Of a stretch of 64,000 nt of DNA, positions 1 to 12,540 are shown in pieces. Numbering within the stretch: position 1 is the first letter of the stretch; each line of letters starts with the position of its first letter. The DNA lies in the NCBI GenBank assembly GCA_015680685.1, contig MNCI01000532.1:92707-156706 (forward strand). Reading direction: 5' to 3'. The notes below the pieces were generated by a model. It worked only from the letters and a program-made list of their open reading frames with translations, ran no database searches and was not told the DNA's origin. This stretch comes from Gnetum montanum. Lineage: Eukaryota > Plantae > Gnetophyta. Position numbers and translations under genes: made by a program.

Positions 1-663
1 ATGATGAAAAATATAACTTTCTATATGCAAAACTTTAGGTGGGTCTATCCCTTGACTACCAAGAACTAGATGCTGAGTGAATCTTTGAGATTACAAATGG
101 AAATGGGAAGGAATTCCTCCCTACACATGATACTTTCATTCTACTTACTAATAAATTTTGGTGGTTACTAGACCAACTCTTTAGAATGAGTGGGCCTAAT
201 GAGCATGACACAAAAACAGACTATGATGAGCCCTTGTAGGATGGGCAAGATGAATTTGAGGCTTGTTGAAAGAGTGAGAACACTTTTTACACCTCTATCC
301 AAAAACCTATTTCTAGTTTCATCCTGAACCAGTCTTAGTCATCTACCTTCTTTGAGGCATCAACATTACTCTTGCCTCCCAGGTCCATGCTTGTGGTGAC
401 AAGCCACAAAGTACTACAAGTACAACAAGGTGTGGGACCATTTACCATCTTTCCATTCATCATCTTGGCCCAGTCCACACAGTCTTCCATGCCAACATCT
501 GTGATGCCAACATAGCCATATGTGCACACGTCTCTTAGCCACACATGAGCCAAGTGTCCTTCATCCCATGAATCTTGTTGGAACCTCCCATGATAGCCCA
601 AGCCACAACCACGTGGTCCTATGGCACAATGGCCACACACACAATAATACATGCAGCAGCACA
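1..663 (+). pseudogene. Decayed N-terminal low-complexity part of a gag-like ORF of a Tat-family relative
   Basis: Sequence at ~230-300 (gatgggcaagatgaatttgag...) resembles the pre-gag-core segment of element C (reverse complement near 26860-26900) and of A (~2690-2780); it is followed by S/P/T/M-rich sequence as in those gags. Confidence 0.4.
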
Positions 664-2350
664 TGTAACAAGCATCCCATGTGGTTACATAGCCCACTGT
701 ATGGTTTCATCATCTAGCTTTCACCACATGAAACTCAAATTTCATTATAAATGTGAAAATTGTAACATATAGTGGGGAATTTCACATACTTAATACTTTT
801 GGGGTTAAAAATGCCTCATAAGTGGTCTAAGCCTTGCTTCCAAAATGGAAAAAGTTATATAGTATCTATATTTGGGCTTGGGTTGGGGGGAGGAGGTGGG
901 GATGGCTCAAAAATGCCTTTTGGAATGCCAAAAAGGACAATTTGATGGGTTTTATGAGGGGTATGCATTTTTCTATGCTAGAAACACTTATAGGGGGTAG
1001 ATCTCACCTACCCCTGGTGTGGAAGGGTGGAGGCTTTGGAAAATTTTCCTTGTTCAATGTGTAGACCAAATGCACAACTTGGAAACTTTCCCCCCTTAGC
1101 ATGGAAAGTTTCCCCCTCCCCCCAAATGTGAAATTTTTTCCACAAGACTAAAAAATTTCCTCCCATCTTATAAAGTTTTCTCCTAGCTTGCAAACTTTTC
1201 CCTCATCCTAGAAAGCTTTTCCAAGAACATGGAAAATTTAATCCCCTAGCATGGAAGCCACAAGGAGAAAAATTCATCAAATCATGAACTTCATCATTGA
1301 CTAGCCACTTCAATAAGCATGGTGAATAGCTTAGCATGGAAGATTCATCTTCACCATGGAAGGTGTACATCAGTTACTATTTATAGTAAATGAAATGACC
1401 ATGGGGGGAAGCACTTACTATGTATAGTAATCCCTCAAATTTGAGCACCCATATCACCTAGATTTGTAGCAAATTTGCAACTAATTTGTAGCCATTTTAC
1501 AGCCAATTTGTAGCCAAATCATAGCCAATTTGTAGCCCCATTCATGGCCTAAGGACCCTATAAAAGCCAACCTTAAACACCATTGAAAGGTTCTAGAAAC
1601 TTTTCTCATTGTTCAACATTTTTGACAAGATTCAACACTTACAAGAATCCTGGAATTTTCCATCAAGTTAAGCATTTTTTGTTTAAGAAATTCTCAAGCA
1701 ATTTGCATACACACAATTCCACACTTGGGGCATTTTTAGGCACTCAAGAGCTCTTGCAAGTTCCCATACTTGCATTCTCTTGAACCCTAACATGGAAGTG
1801 GTGAGGCCTTGAGATTTGGTGGATTTTTGATGTTAACATTGCACTTCTAGGATTCCAAACCCAGTGTGGAGCAACTTGGCATCCAAATATTCCACATTTT
1901 TTACCCCTCCATTTGTGACCTAATTGGTAGATCCAAGGTTGCAGTAGTAAAGGAAGGTTTGATAACATCAAGAGTGGCTTAGAAACCAAATCAAGGAGTG
2001 AGTCACCTCAGCTTCAATGGGTTTTGAACTCTTGCACAAATGAACCTCCTTTTTTCTCATCCAGGCACCATTTGTACACATTTATCTAACTTATTCTATA
2101 TTCCTTTTTAAATAAAGTTTTAAGCTTTGAGTTTTTTGTTCAAAAATAATTTTATTATTTGTGCATCATTTAGATCTATTCATATTTCCATATTTTGCAT
2201 CCCATAAGTCTCTATTTGATTTGCCTAACTGGCCAGGGTGCCTTGAATTCCATTTTTATCATGGAGTCTATGGGAACTTGAGGTTGTGCAACTGCTTACA
2301 CTGAGGATCTTGTGTTTTCATTCTAGCAATCGAGGTTTTTAATCATAACA
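664..2350 (+). repeat. LTR (left LTR of A; start approximate)
   Basis: 741-980 aligns with LTR starts at 21466-21680 and 42421-42640; TATA-like ccctataaaag at ~1557; 3' end ttctagcaatcgaggtttttaatcataaCA aligns with ttccatcaactgaagtttctatctccaaCA (23080). Confidence 0.65.
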
Positions 2351-3618
2351 AATGTGTCATTTTAATAGTAAGCCAAGTTACATTTCACATTCATTGACAA
2401 TGGGTTTGACCAGTAGGCCATGAAGGTGTATGATTCCAAAGACCCTAATATCATAGTGTAGGTAGTCCTTGAGACTTAGGGGGTGAAGTCTTGAATTTTT
2501 GGTTATAAATGAAGATCATTATAAATACATTATTGCTAAAATATAGGCTAGCATGATGATTCCTCATGTAGAAGTAGAAGTCAAAATGGAGTGTAAGCTC
2601 ATACACTGAGATGGGAAGGAGTACATTCCTTCCTTGTATGATCAAATATCCCTGACAAATGTCTATGATAGAATCCTATCTCAACTAATTGAGATGGATG
2701 AAGAAGATGAGAAGTAGAACTTAGAGGAACAATAGGAAGAGGAGAATGAGTTTACGGTAGAATTTGAGTCCAAAAATATCCTAGGTGGCTTATTGTAACA
2801 AGAAATCCCCAAGGCCATAGTACCTTCTTCTACCCACTTTTTTTTCTCCATGGGCCAAGTGTCACCATCCTCTACCCCTTCCTACCCGATGATGGTTGGT
2901 CCCACACCAATCATTTTTGCACATCAAACATAAGTGGTGTCATACTCAACCATGTTTGACTTCTCCATGTCATTCGCCACACAACCAAAGTCCATGCAAC
3001 ATTTATCTATGGTTGTCACTACCACCAATCCATTGATCACTCAAGTGGGATCCACCATGGGATCCTAAGCAACATAGGGATTACACACCCATTTCATTCA
3101 ATTTGTGTCATAGATACCTACACAAACATCATTCTCCTTGTTTGGCCCACCAACCACAATAATAAGGCAACCTCTACATTTTGTTTTACAACCAATAGCA
3201 TGCCCATAGACATTGAAAATCACACCTCAACCCTTCATCCAAACCTCACAACCAATAGGGGCATCCCAAGGACTAGACCAAGCTTTCTAAATGATCTAGG
3301 ACTTGATTAAAGAGCTAAAGAAACTCAAAGCCTTAATGTCCTAGATTGTGAACATAATAGAATTCAACCAAGTTGATCACATTAGTCCTACAATTCCACC
3401 ACTAACTCTTCTTGCTAGTGTCTCTATGCCATAGTTCACCAAATTCAATGATGAAGGTGATCTAAACACTCATCTAATTACCTTTTGCTTTGAGTGCTTG
3501 CTGTTGTAGGCATGGTTGCATACTATTATGCAAGTCTTTCCTATTTCTCTCAGCCTTCCCATTCTTTTCCTTGAAGCACGAGATCTATTTCTAAAATTTT
3601 AAGCCTAAAATTTTGTAA

Positions 3619-3697
3619 AATTTTAAAGTGGGAGTTTCTTCTAATTTTAAAGTAGGAGTTTCTTCTAATTTTAAAGTAGGAGTTTCTTATAATTTTA
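3619..3697. repeat. 24-bp tandem repeat x3.3 (aattttaaagtaggagtttcttct)
   Basis: Directly visible near-perfect copies. Confidence 0.9.
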
Positions 3698-3780
3698 GAA
3701 GTTGGGACCGTATTTATACATGTACTAGCATGCTCATTCCCTTGCCTTTGTAGCTTTGGCTACTTGGCTGCATTCCCTAA

Positions 3781-3822
3781 ACACACTGATGAGGGGTGCA
3801 AGTCCTCAAAAACATTTTGTGT
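3781..3822 (+). ncRNA. Degenerate minimal type I hammerhead ribozyme
   Basis: ACACA-CTGATGA-GGGG(tgcaagt)CCTC-aAAAACaTTT-TGTGT: stem I, CUGAUGA core and stem II are present; GAAA and a palindromic AACGTT stem III are restored by reverting two CpG>CpA changes. Confidence 0.55.
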
Positions 3823-5699
3823 AACATATGTTGTGCAATGCCATGAGCTTTCTATTACTTTCTATTTAACAGTTTTTTCTGTTTTATAGTTTCTTCAATA
3901 TTTCTCTTAGCCTCCCTATTCTTTTCCTTGATGCATGAGATTTATTTTAAAATTTTATAAAATTTTGTAAAAATTTGGTGGAAAAGCACTTGATTGGTAT
4001 TGTGCCTTGCTAGGAGGATCCATATACTCTTTGGATGAAATAATTTTGTGATTCATTAACCATTTCAAGTATAACTTAAAACTTGATACCACACTTGACC
4101 AACTCATGAAGGTCAAGCAAGGATCCCTTGAGCTAATGCAAAAGTTCATCCAACAATGGAATGCTTTGCTCAACAAGATACCAAAGACAATAGCTGAAAC
4201 ACATTTGTTATCTATCTTCAAGGGGATAGTGAACATCTTCATAAAGTTGAAATTATATTATCTTGATCCATGGTTTCATAGTCAAGCCTTTTCTCAAATC
4301 AAGAACATAGAAGATTTCATAGAAGCTAGTCATGATCCTACCTACGTGGTGTATAAAAATCAACATTCATGAAAAAGCCAAAGAGAAGGGTAGGAAAAAT
4401 AATGTAGCAGTATCAACTGTGACTAAGGAAAATAAGCCAACTAACTAGGGGCTAAAGAATAACCAACCCAAGGTCCCTGCTACCAACAATGATAATTAAT
4501 CCTCAACCTTTGGGACCATTGGATTGGCTACATCTAGGCCTAACTTTATGCAGAAAGACTGGTCAAAATATACTAAGTTACCCCTTAAGCTATCAAAGAT
4601 TATAAACTAAGTGTTGAAGAGTGGTAGGATTCAATACAAATAGATGATCAAGATTCACGTAAGAGGCATTATAGGTTATGAGAAATAGCAGAAGACCTCA
4701 CTCAAGCAACCAAAGATGATTCCCAAGTGCTTTAAGCTTAATTACTTTTACCATTACCATCAGTTGTTCGGTCATGATGCTAATTTTTTCCTTGCACTTA
4801 AAGATGACCTACAAAATATGACCAATAGGGAAGAACTAGTCAATGCACATATACAAGGACCTGTTGAATACCAAAAACAATTCATACATTATATTAGTGT
4901 TCAATGTTAATAACAATTAGATGCCTATGAGGGAATCATTCATGATTTGGACACCCTCTTGTAATGAAAGAAACTCTTTAGCATCTACTAGCTCAAAATT
5001 CCCTTTTATTGTCAAGGTATCATCATGAATGCCTCCTAAGGGGACTTTTGTCATCAGGGTGTCATAGCCCTCTACAATACAACCTACCATAATAATAGAA
5101 CAACAACCCCCCATGGTGACCAATGCAATGTCTTCTTCCTTATAACCAACTAGGGATAATAAGAAATTCCCAAATAAGCAATGGAATAAGGATACATAGA
5201 AAGCCAAGAATAATGCTGATAAGAAAACTACATTAGGAAAGGAACTAGGCCTATTGAAGCCCACATCAATTTCATCTACTTCAATGACTTCTACAACTAG
5301 GTCTTCTTCAAAAAGTAAACCATAGAAGGAACTAAGACCCAAAGAAGAAAAGAGAGAGGCTAGGACATAACAAGTATGAATTTTTCATTTTGGAATGTAC
5401 GGAAAAAGTTAGAAACAAAAAATCAACAACCAATAACAAAGACCTCCTCAATGCAATGTAATAGGTCAAGCAATTTCTCAAACAAAGGAACAAAACCTTG
5501 AGCATATATGACCTGCTCATGACTTTTGTTGCACATCATGAGGCATTGGTTAAGATGCTAATCTCCATTCCTATTAGCAAGGATGTTCCTACTAATGAAG
5601 GCTCTATCCATGTAGTCATGGTACCCTCTTTGACCAAGGAATTAAAGTCAACATTGTTGGTGTTTTGTGATAGCGAAATCAGGACAAGCCCCTAAAATA

Positions 5700-6357
5700 T
5701 TGAAGTAACCACAACACCTCTCTTCATAACCATACATATTGGACAATATAAGGTACATGGATGTAGATGATGGGGTGGTGACCAATATCAAACCCTATAC
5801 CATTGTTGAATTCTAAGGCTTGATGGAACAAATGCAACATATGATGACCTCAACCCTTAAATCCTTTAATATATCACAAGTTGTGATCAAAGGTGTCATT
5901 TCTTTATATTTTATGAAAATGGAGAAATTTACTAAAATGGTAGATTTATTGGTGCTAGAAGAGATACTAGGGTTCAACCTCATCTTTAGAAGACCTTGGC
6001 TAGCCCAATTGCAAGTTGTATCTTCACCTATTCACCAAGAAGTCCATCTTCCTTATGAGGAAGGTCAAATAGTTATTCATGGAAATAGCATGATTCCCTT
6101 AGTTGTTTAAAATGTTGATGTACAATAAGGGTCTAAAGTGGAGTTTCAAGAAGAACTCTTGCCATTGGCCCAAAAATTGAAAAGGTTAATGGAGCCAAAG
6201 AGGCCAAAAAGAACAATGATAAATCCCTTGATGTATCATGGGAAGAGGTGCCCTTCAACATTGTTAGTAAAGGAGATGGAGAATATAAACTAGTGAAAAA
6301 TACACCATACACATTTCCTAGTCTATCAAAGATTAGGAAGTGCTTGCACAAATGATA
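5700..6357 (+). pseudogene. Aspartic protease of element A plus C-terminal tail
   Basis: VDDGxxTN motif at ~5763; FNLIFRRPWLAQLQVVSSPIHQEVHLPY (ORF 5820-6110). Confidence 0.85.
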
Positions 6358-7126
6358 TATGCTCCTAATCCTTATAATACCCTATGTGGTTACAACACTG
6401 AATTGGATGTCCTTGTAGCTTGATAGCCTAGTTTACACTTTACTTACTTTTGTATTTGTGACCTTGTTTTCCTTTACGTTGATTATTTATTTTCCTATAG
6501 ATTAAATTTTACTGTTGTTTTACATTATTTTATTGTTGAAGCCTTTTTCTTTTTTAAATTAAGAAAGCCAAAAATGTCAAAAAAATTCTAAAACTAAAAA
6601 CTCCATAAAAAACTTTAAAACATAAAATAACCAAAAAATTATGTTTTCTTTTACAGACCACATGGCTCACCATGACCTAAAACTAGCAAATACTACATGG
6701 CCTGCCATGGCCTTAAACTAGCAAATAGCACATGGCCCACCATGGTCTAAAACTAGCAAATGACCTTATACCTCATTTTCACTTTAGTTTATGACTTTAT
6801 TGCATAACTATTTTAACCTTCTATGGCATAACAATCAAGTTGAGCCAACATAGCCTCAAAACATAGATTAAAACATAGAACCATGAAATAAAAAAATCAT
6901 AATGCTATAACATCATAACCAGAACTAAAATTTGGAGTTTGAAATTTAAAATTAAAGTTAAAATGTTCGTAACATCATAACCATGGCCACATAATGTAGC
7001 AAACAAAAAAAAAAATATATCAAAGCAATAAAACATTCAAAAAATAAAATATTTTGGCTGACACTAGCCATAAATCATCATCAACATAAAATCAAAACAA
7101 TTGAAACTGAAAGGAAACTAGTCAAA

Positions 7127-10100
7127 CTAAGTAGCATCCATAGAGGGGGTGGAGGATCATCTTCAACTTTGCCGCTAGGACCACTGCCATTATTTGGTGC
7201 TTGTAACATGACAACAAAAAATAAATAAAATAGATAAAAAAGAACTAAAGCTAAAAATAGGCAAACCTAAGATGGTTCTAGAGCTGCATGTTCTTCGGGG
7301 AAACTCTAAAGACCAACCTCTAGATGATGGAGGATTTGATCTTCAAACATGTTGGCCAAGTCCACATCCCCAAGATCAATATCCATTAGGATATTAATCT
7401 TGTTAATGTCACTCCATGTAGGGGGATTAAGTGAGAACATGGTGGTAGTTGCTTCCCCTGAGGTAGTAGTGATCTAATGAGTAAGGAAGTTATCTACAAT
7501 CATGTTCTTTACAAACATTTTATAAACCTCCTTTGCATTGATTCTCATCATGAACAATTCTAGCTTTTGTTGCTCTATAGAAGCATCCTTTAGCTAGTTA
7601 AGGTAGACATCTCATTTGGCTTTGTACATCCTTTTGTGATTCTTTTGTATACGATCTTACTCAAGGATCTAATTTTAGTAATCCTTTCACTCACTAGCCT
7701 TGTGGTTGTTTAGAACAATTTGGAGATTTGTTTCTACTATTTTCTTGGCAAGGGAAATATTTCCTTGGATTTCATTTCAATAATGAGCCCAAGTTATCTC
7801 CCTAGTGTGCAAGGTGTCTCTGTTGTTCACTTGGGCTTCTATGAAATCTCTGTAATCCTTGAGGTCTATCACCTTCTCTTTTAGCTTCTTGTTATTCTTC
7901 CTCAATTCTAGAAGTTGTTCTCATAGTAACTCATTGGAGCATCTACATTATCACAAGGACTTAGCACATGGAGTGTACATCCAATGGCATTCTCATATAG
8001 CCCATATGGAACACTCTGTAAATTGGTAGGTAAGGGATGTAATGTGTCAACCTTCATTGGCTTGTCAGGATTCCATCTCAATTTAGGCATTGTAAACAAT
8101 GTAAAAAAATTTCCAATAAATAAAACCATTTAGTAACAAAAAACATAACTATGAAAATCAAATAAAAGACCAAAAATATAAAAATAATGAAGGCAAAATA
8201 TGTTAAAATTCTTACCAATCTTAGGAGCTATCTGCTACAATTGGCTAATCATATCTTTAGCTAAACCTTGCATAAATTCAAGTTTATCAAGGGTTTGCAT
8301 CCATGGTTGCATGTGGAAGGTAGAAGTGGAAGCTTCTGCTTGTAGCTTATGGGCTACAATAAGTGTAATAAGCAATCAACATCCATAGCCAAAGATAGAC
8401 ATGAATGAACCAAAGGTAACATGTACAATGCTTAAAATTGAAAACCAAACATACCTAGGAGGCCCTCTGATATGACAATAGGAGGTTCATTCAATTTTGG
8501 TCCCTTGAGCATGGTGTCAAAGTGGCCCATAAGAGGAAGAGAGAGTAAGTTATCATTTTGGAACTCATCATCCCTATAATGCTTTAATATTTCCTCTTCT
8601 TGGCATTGTAGTTACTCCTTCTCTTGACACCTTCATTCCTCCTAAGCTTCTACTACCATGACCCTAGCTTCCAGTTCCTATATCAATCATAAAAACATAG
8701 CACAACTTAGCACATTTTTTCTAAAAGAAAAACATATAACTAACTTAAATCCATAAGTTTAAAATAGATTAACAAAACAACAAACCAAGATGTATCATAC
8801 GCTTGACATCATGGTGCACATCTCTAAGCTTGATAATCAACCTTGGCTTTTTCATAGGCTAATCAATCACATGTGTTGTCTCATCCACCAAGGACCTCTT
8901 AAGCTTGACCCTCACTATCCCCTCAACCTCTTTACATAGCTTGCAAGTCTTCATGATTCTAGCTAGTATTGTGAGAGGTTTGGCCCTTGTTCTATCAGAG
9001 GATACACAATGCCTACCACTAATCCCCTTGGTAGTGATAGATAAAGATTCATAGCTTTTGGTAGGTCCTAGGCCTATGTGGTTAGAGCTAGGAGCTTCAT
9101 CCAAGTTTTGGTGTGTTGGAATGAATCTTGGGTAATCCATTGACCATCCTTCCTCACCATTAGAAACTCTACAAGCTTCCTTCAATAATGAGTAAAAAGT
9201 GCAAATTGCACATGCCACTTTGTAGTGAGGTTGTTATGAAGCTTTCGAATCTCCCACTATATCCTAGAAATCAAGTGTTTAGCCTAGTTAAATTGAGCAT
9301 CCTCAATGAGTACCTGTTTCATGGTCGAAGATTTCTCCACATCCAAGATCTTTCCCTATAATGACAATTTAGGAAATGCCCAAGATTTGAATAAGGAATA
9401 CATTTCTTTAATCAATGGTGACTTGATTTGCTTTAGAGAGCATCCCTTGATACTATGATGAGAGTTTATCCACTCTTTTACTTCCTCCTAGTGATCCACC
9501 TCCCTACCTACTTTGGTGATAATAGGTATGCCACCATTAGGAATATCAAAGAGTTCATTGAAGGTGGATGCACTAACCTCCAAAACAATGGTCATAGTAT
9601 GAACCTAAGTGGTGAACTTCATGATTCCTTAGCTAAAATAATCAATGATGTTGAACATCTCTGTAGTAGGAATGATCAAGCTTTGGGAAATGAAGAGGTT
9701 AAACAAGACCATGTGTATAACCCTCACATGTGTAGCATCAGGAGCATGGCTTGATAGCCAATGCTATGAGGATTCCACCTCATTGAACTTGAGGATCAAG
9801 GTCTCCTCATCACGTCTTGAAGTGATAATCGTAACTTCAGTTGATGGAGCAACCTCTGTAACATAATGAAGGATATCTCATTAGCCTTAGCATAAGTGCA
9901 CCATATAACTACATTAAAACAAAATCAATACAACTACTTAAATGACCAAAATTGAAATAATCCAAGATCAACAAAATAAAAACACTCACTTCACCTATTT
10001 GATGTAGGCATCTTAGTAGCTATATGGGGTGGGTTTACTTCTAAGTCATTAAGAGATGGGTTGGCTCACCCCATCATCCCATTCCCTAGGCATCTCGTAT

Positions 10101-12253
10101 AAGCCTTAGGATGGTGTTTGATGCTATCTTCAAAGTTATCCTCTAGCTATTTTAATATTAAAAGCCTCACATTTGGGCTCTGAGTAAATACCTCTAAGGA
10201 TATGTGGGCTAGGAGTAGAAGGTTGTCACCTCTAATCAAGCCCTTCTCATTCATCTTGAACCTATAGATAACTGAAATAAAAAATATAGTCATAACTTAA
10301 GAACAAAATGATAGAAAATAACCACAAGCCAAAGACAATGTTACTTAACCTTCTATAGAATAAATAATGCTTGGAGTTTTTTGGAACAATGTATGTGCAT
10401 GATGGCCAACAATTGAAGTGTTTTCTATGTTATATTAATTTAAGTCAAGCATCTTCCAAATTCTTGATAATTTGCAAGAGTCCATAGTGGTAGTGCCATC
10501 ATTTTCTATCCCTCTACATGAGCTTTAAGTTTTATCATTAAGAACTTTATGATTAAACTAGAGGACCCATGCAGGATAGTCTCTATGATCATTGTTGTAG
10601 CCTTGATCGTCAAGTGTGAACAAACCATCACATGGATGTTCTATAGGAGATAAGCAAGGAATTCTTTGGTCCTTGGCATGAACCATATCCCATTGTGATC
10701 CCACTACATATATGGAATCAAAGAGTTAGGCCCAGGGAGGTGGATGTAACATAACAGTCCCACCATCTCTATGACCATAAGGATGGGCCTTAAGAAAGCA
10801 TTGTAACATCCAACACACAACTATTATAACCATGCAAAATAAAACTAAAATTAAAAAAAAACTATAATTAAACAAAGTACATTAAAATAATAAGCCAAAT
10901 AATGTCACAACTACTACATTAAAATTTTTAGCTTTATAACCATTAAATGTAGTAAGGAATACTTAAACAAAATTTGAAACAGTTTATACCAGATGATAGT
11001 TTAACATTAAAATTGTAACAATGATTGATTACAACAAAAAATATGGACCTTATAGTTTACAACTAAAAATGTGAAAATGATAGTGTAAGACTAAGCTTTC
11101 AACTTCCATGATTAATTCTACACTTAGAAAACATTCAACATACAACTTAAGTCTACAACCAAGGTTCACTGAAATTCACAACTTTATAGCAAAACAACCA
11201 TAAGAAAACACTTGTAATAAATATGAATTTTTTTAAATCCAAAAAACTTATAACCCCTTCCTAACATTCAAAAATATCACCAACACCATGGGACGTTGTA
11301 GAAATTTTTTTCCAATCTCAATGTTGCCCATTTTCATGGGGATAAATGTGTAATAGCCTTATAAACATGATTTCATGCAACCAAATGGGAACAACCATAA
11401 CTAATTAACCACATAGCCATTGGAATTGTAAAACAACAAATATAATTCCATAATAATCAACCATAAAATTTGTTAATTATATTTTTAGAAAAAATTAAAA
11501 AATTCACCTAACCATGCCCATCATGCCAAAACCTATTTCCGTGCAAGTAGGAAAAAATGACCATAATAGCCAAACTGTTCATCTAAATTTAGTGATTCAA
11601 GATTCATTAGAATCCTTGAATCATAAAATAAAAATCCATAATAATAAAACTTAAAATTTCTTCACCATTCACTATAGAAAAAAATGCACAACTTGGATAG
11701 AAAATGGCCTTAGGATAGAAAACCCACTTGATGTAGCTTGACAAAAACAACCATAAAAAATTATTTGTTAAACAAAATTGAGTGTTTCAAAAATATCATT
11801 AACAAATAAATAATGAAAAACAATTACATGATCTTAGATAATTTAAAAATCTAACCAGTTACTCAAAGAAAAATCCAAAAGTGACATTGCTATTTTGGAC
11901 AGAAAAAGCAAAAAACTCATGAAAATCATGGGAAAAGCATTTAAACTTCAATGAAACCAAAACTAAAAGCCCAAAGAATGCCAAAAATGAATGAACATGG
12001 CCTAGATCTATTGTGGGATTTTTATGAAATCCAAAAATAACAAATATACAAGCATAGATTTAGAAAATGGAATAGAACCCAGAAAATGGAATACATGAAA
12101 ATGGCTGGAAAATTGGTAAGAAATTGGTACCTAGGAAAAAAGGTGGTAGAGCCCTCTCTAACTCTTGGATGGGGTAGATGTGCTAGGCTCTAGGAAATTG
12201 TGTCTACATCATCCAACATAGGGATTCCTTGTAGGAGCTACCTTCTTCACCAT
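7127..12253 (-). pseudogene. Antisense multi-exon accessory gene of element A (PMD/DUF1985-like plus coiled-coil-like tail), decayed
   Basis: Conceptual exons homologous to the + strand gene in B (e.g. EPPIVISEGLLG vs DPPTITPEGLLG; LRWNPDKPMKV vs LKWNPKQAVEV; FN*AKHL vs YNWAKYL); GT donors at 12130, 8454, 8215; candidate ATG at 12253. Confidence 0.75.
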
Positions 12254-12540
12254 GATGTCTGAAACAGGTGTTGAAAAGTGTAGAAAATCTTTATGCTTTG
12301 GTAGTCCTGGTGATTACATTGGTAGTAGTACTACAAGAAATGGTCACTACACTAAAACTAAATAGTGGGTAGTGATGGTAGTAATAGAGCTCTCTAACTT
12401 GGACATAGTAGTGAAATGTGAAACAACAATTATTTTTGTTTAAGTTTTCCACTTAAAACCCACTTAAACCTAGGCACCAACACTAAAACACTAGTTTCTA
12501 TGGACATCTCCACTTAACTAAGCATCAAAATTGGAAACTA

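Larger units (their letters stand above)
3543..3975. mobile_element. ~430 bp insertion in gag with ~75 bp terminal direct repeats (Penelope/retrozyme-like remnant)
   Basis: Splits gag VFPISL|GKALDWY; 3543-3620 is repeated at 3900-3975; contains a 24-bp tandem repeat and a hammerhead-like core. Confidence 0.6.
2450..5700 (+). pseudogene. gag: gag of element A (disrupted; interrupted by an insertion at ~3543-3975)
   Basis: Retrotrans_gag-like FTKFNDEGDLNTHL...VFPISL / GKALDWY...VKQGSLELMQKFIQQW; Tat-type knuckle remnant YHQLFGHDANFFLALKDDLQ at ~4750-4810; many stops and frameshifts. Confidence 0.85.

Noticed and set aside
7127-12253. env-like gene, or a captured intact host gene
   Set aside because: Antisense orientation and position between PR and RT, no evident transmembrane segment, many stops, and present in the same position in two diverged elements.
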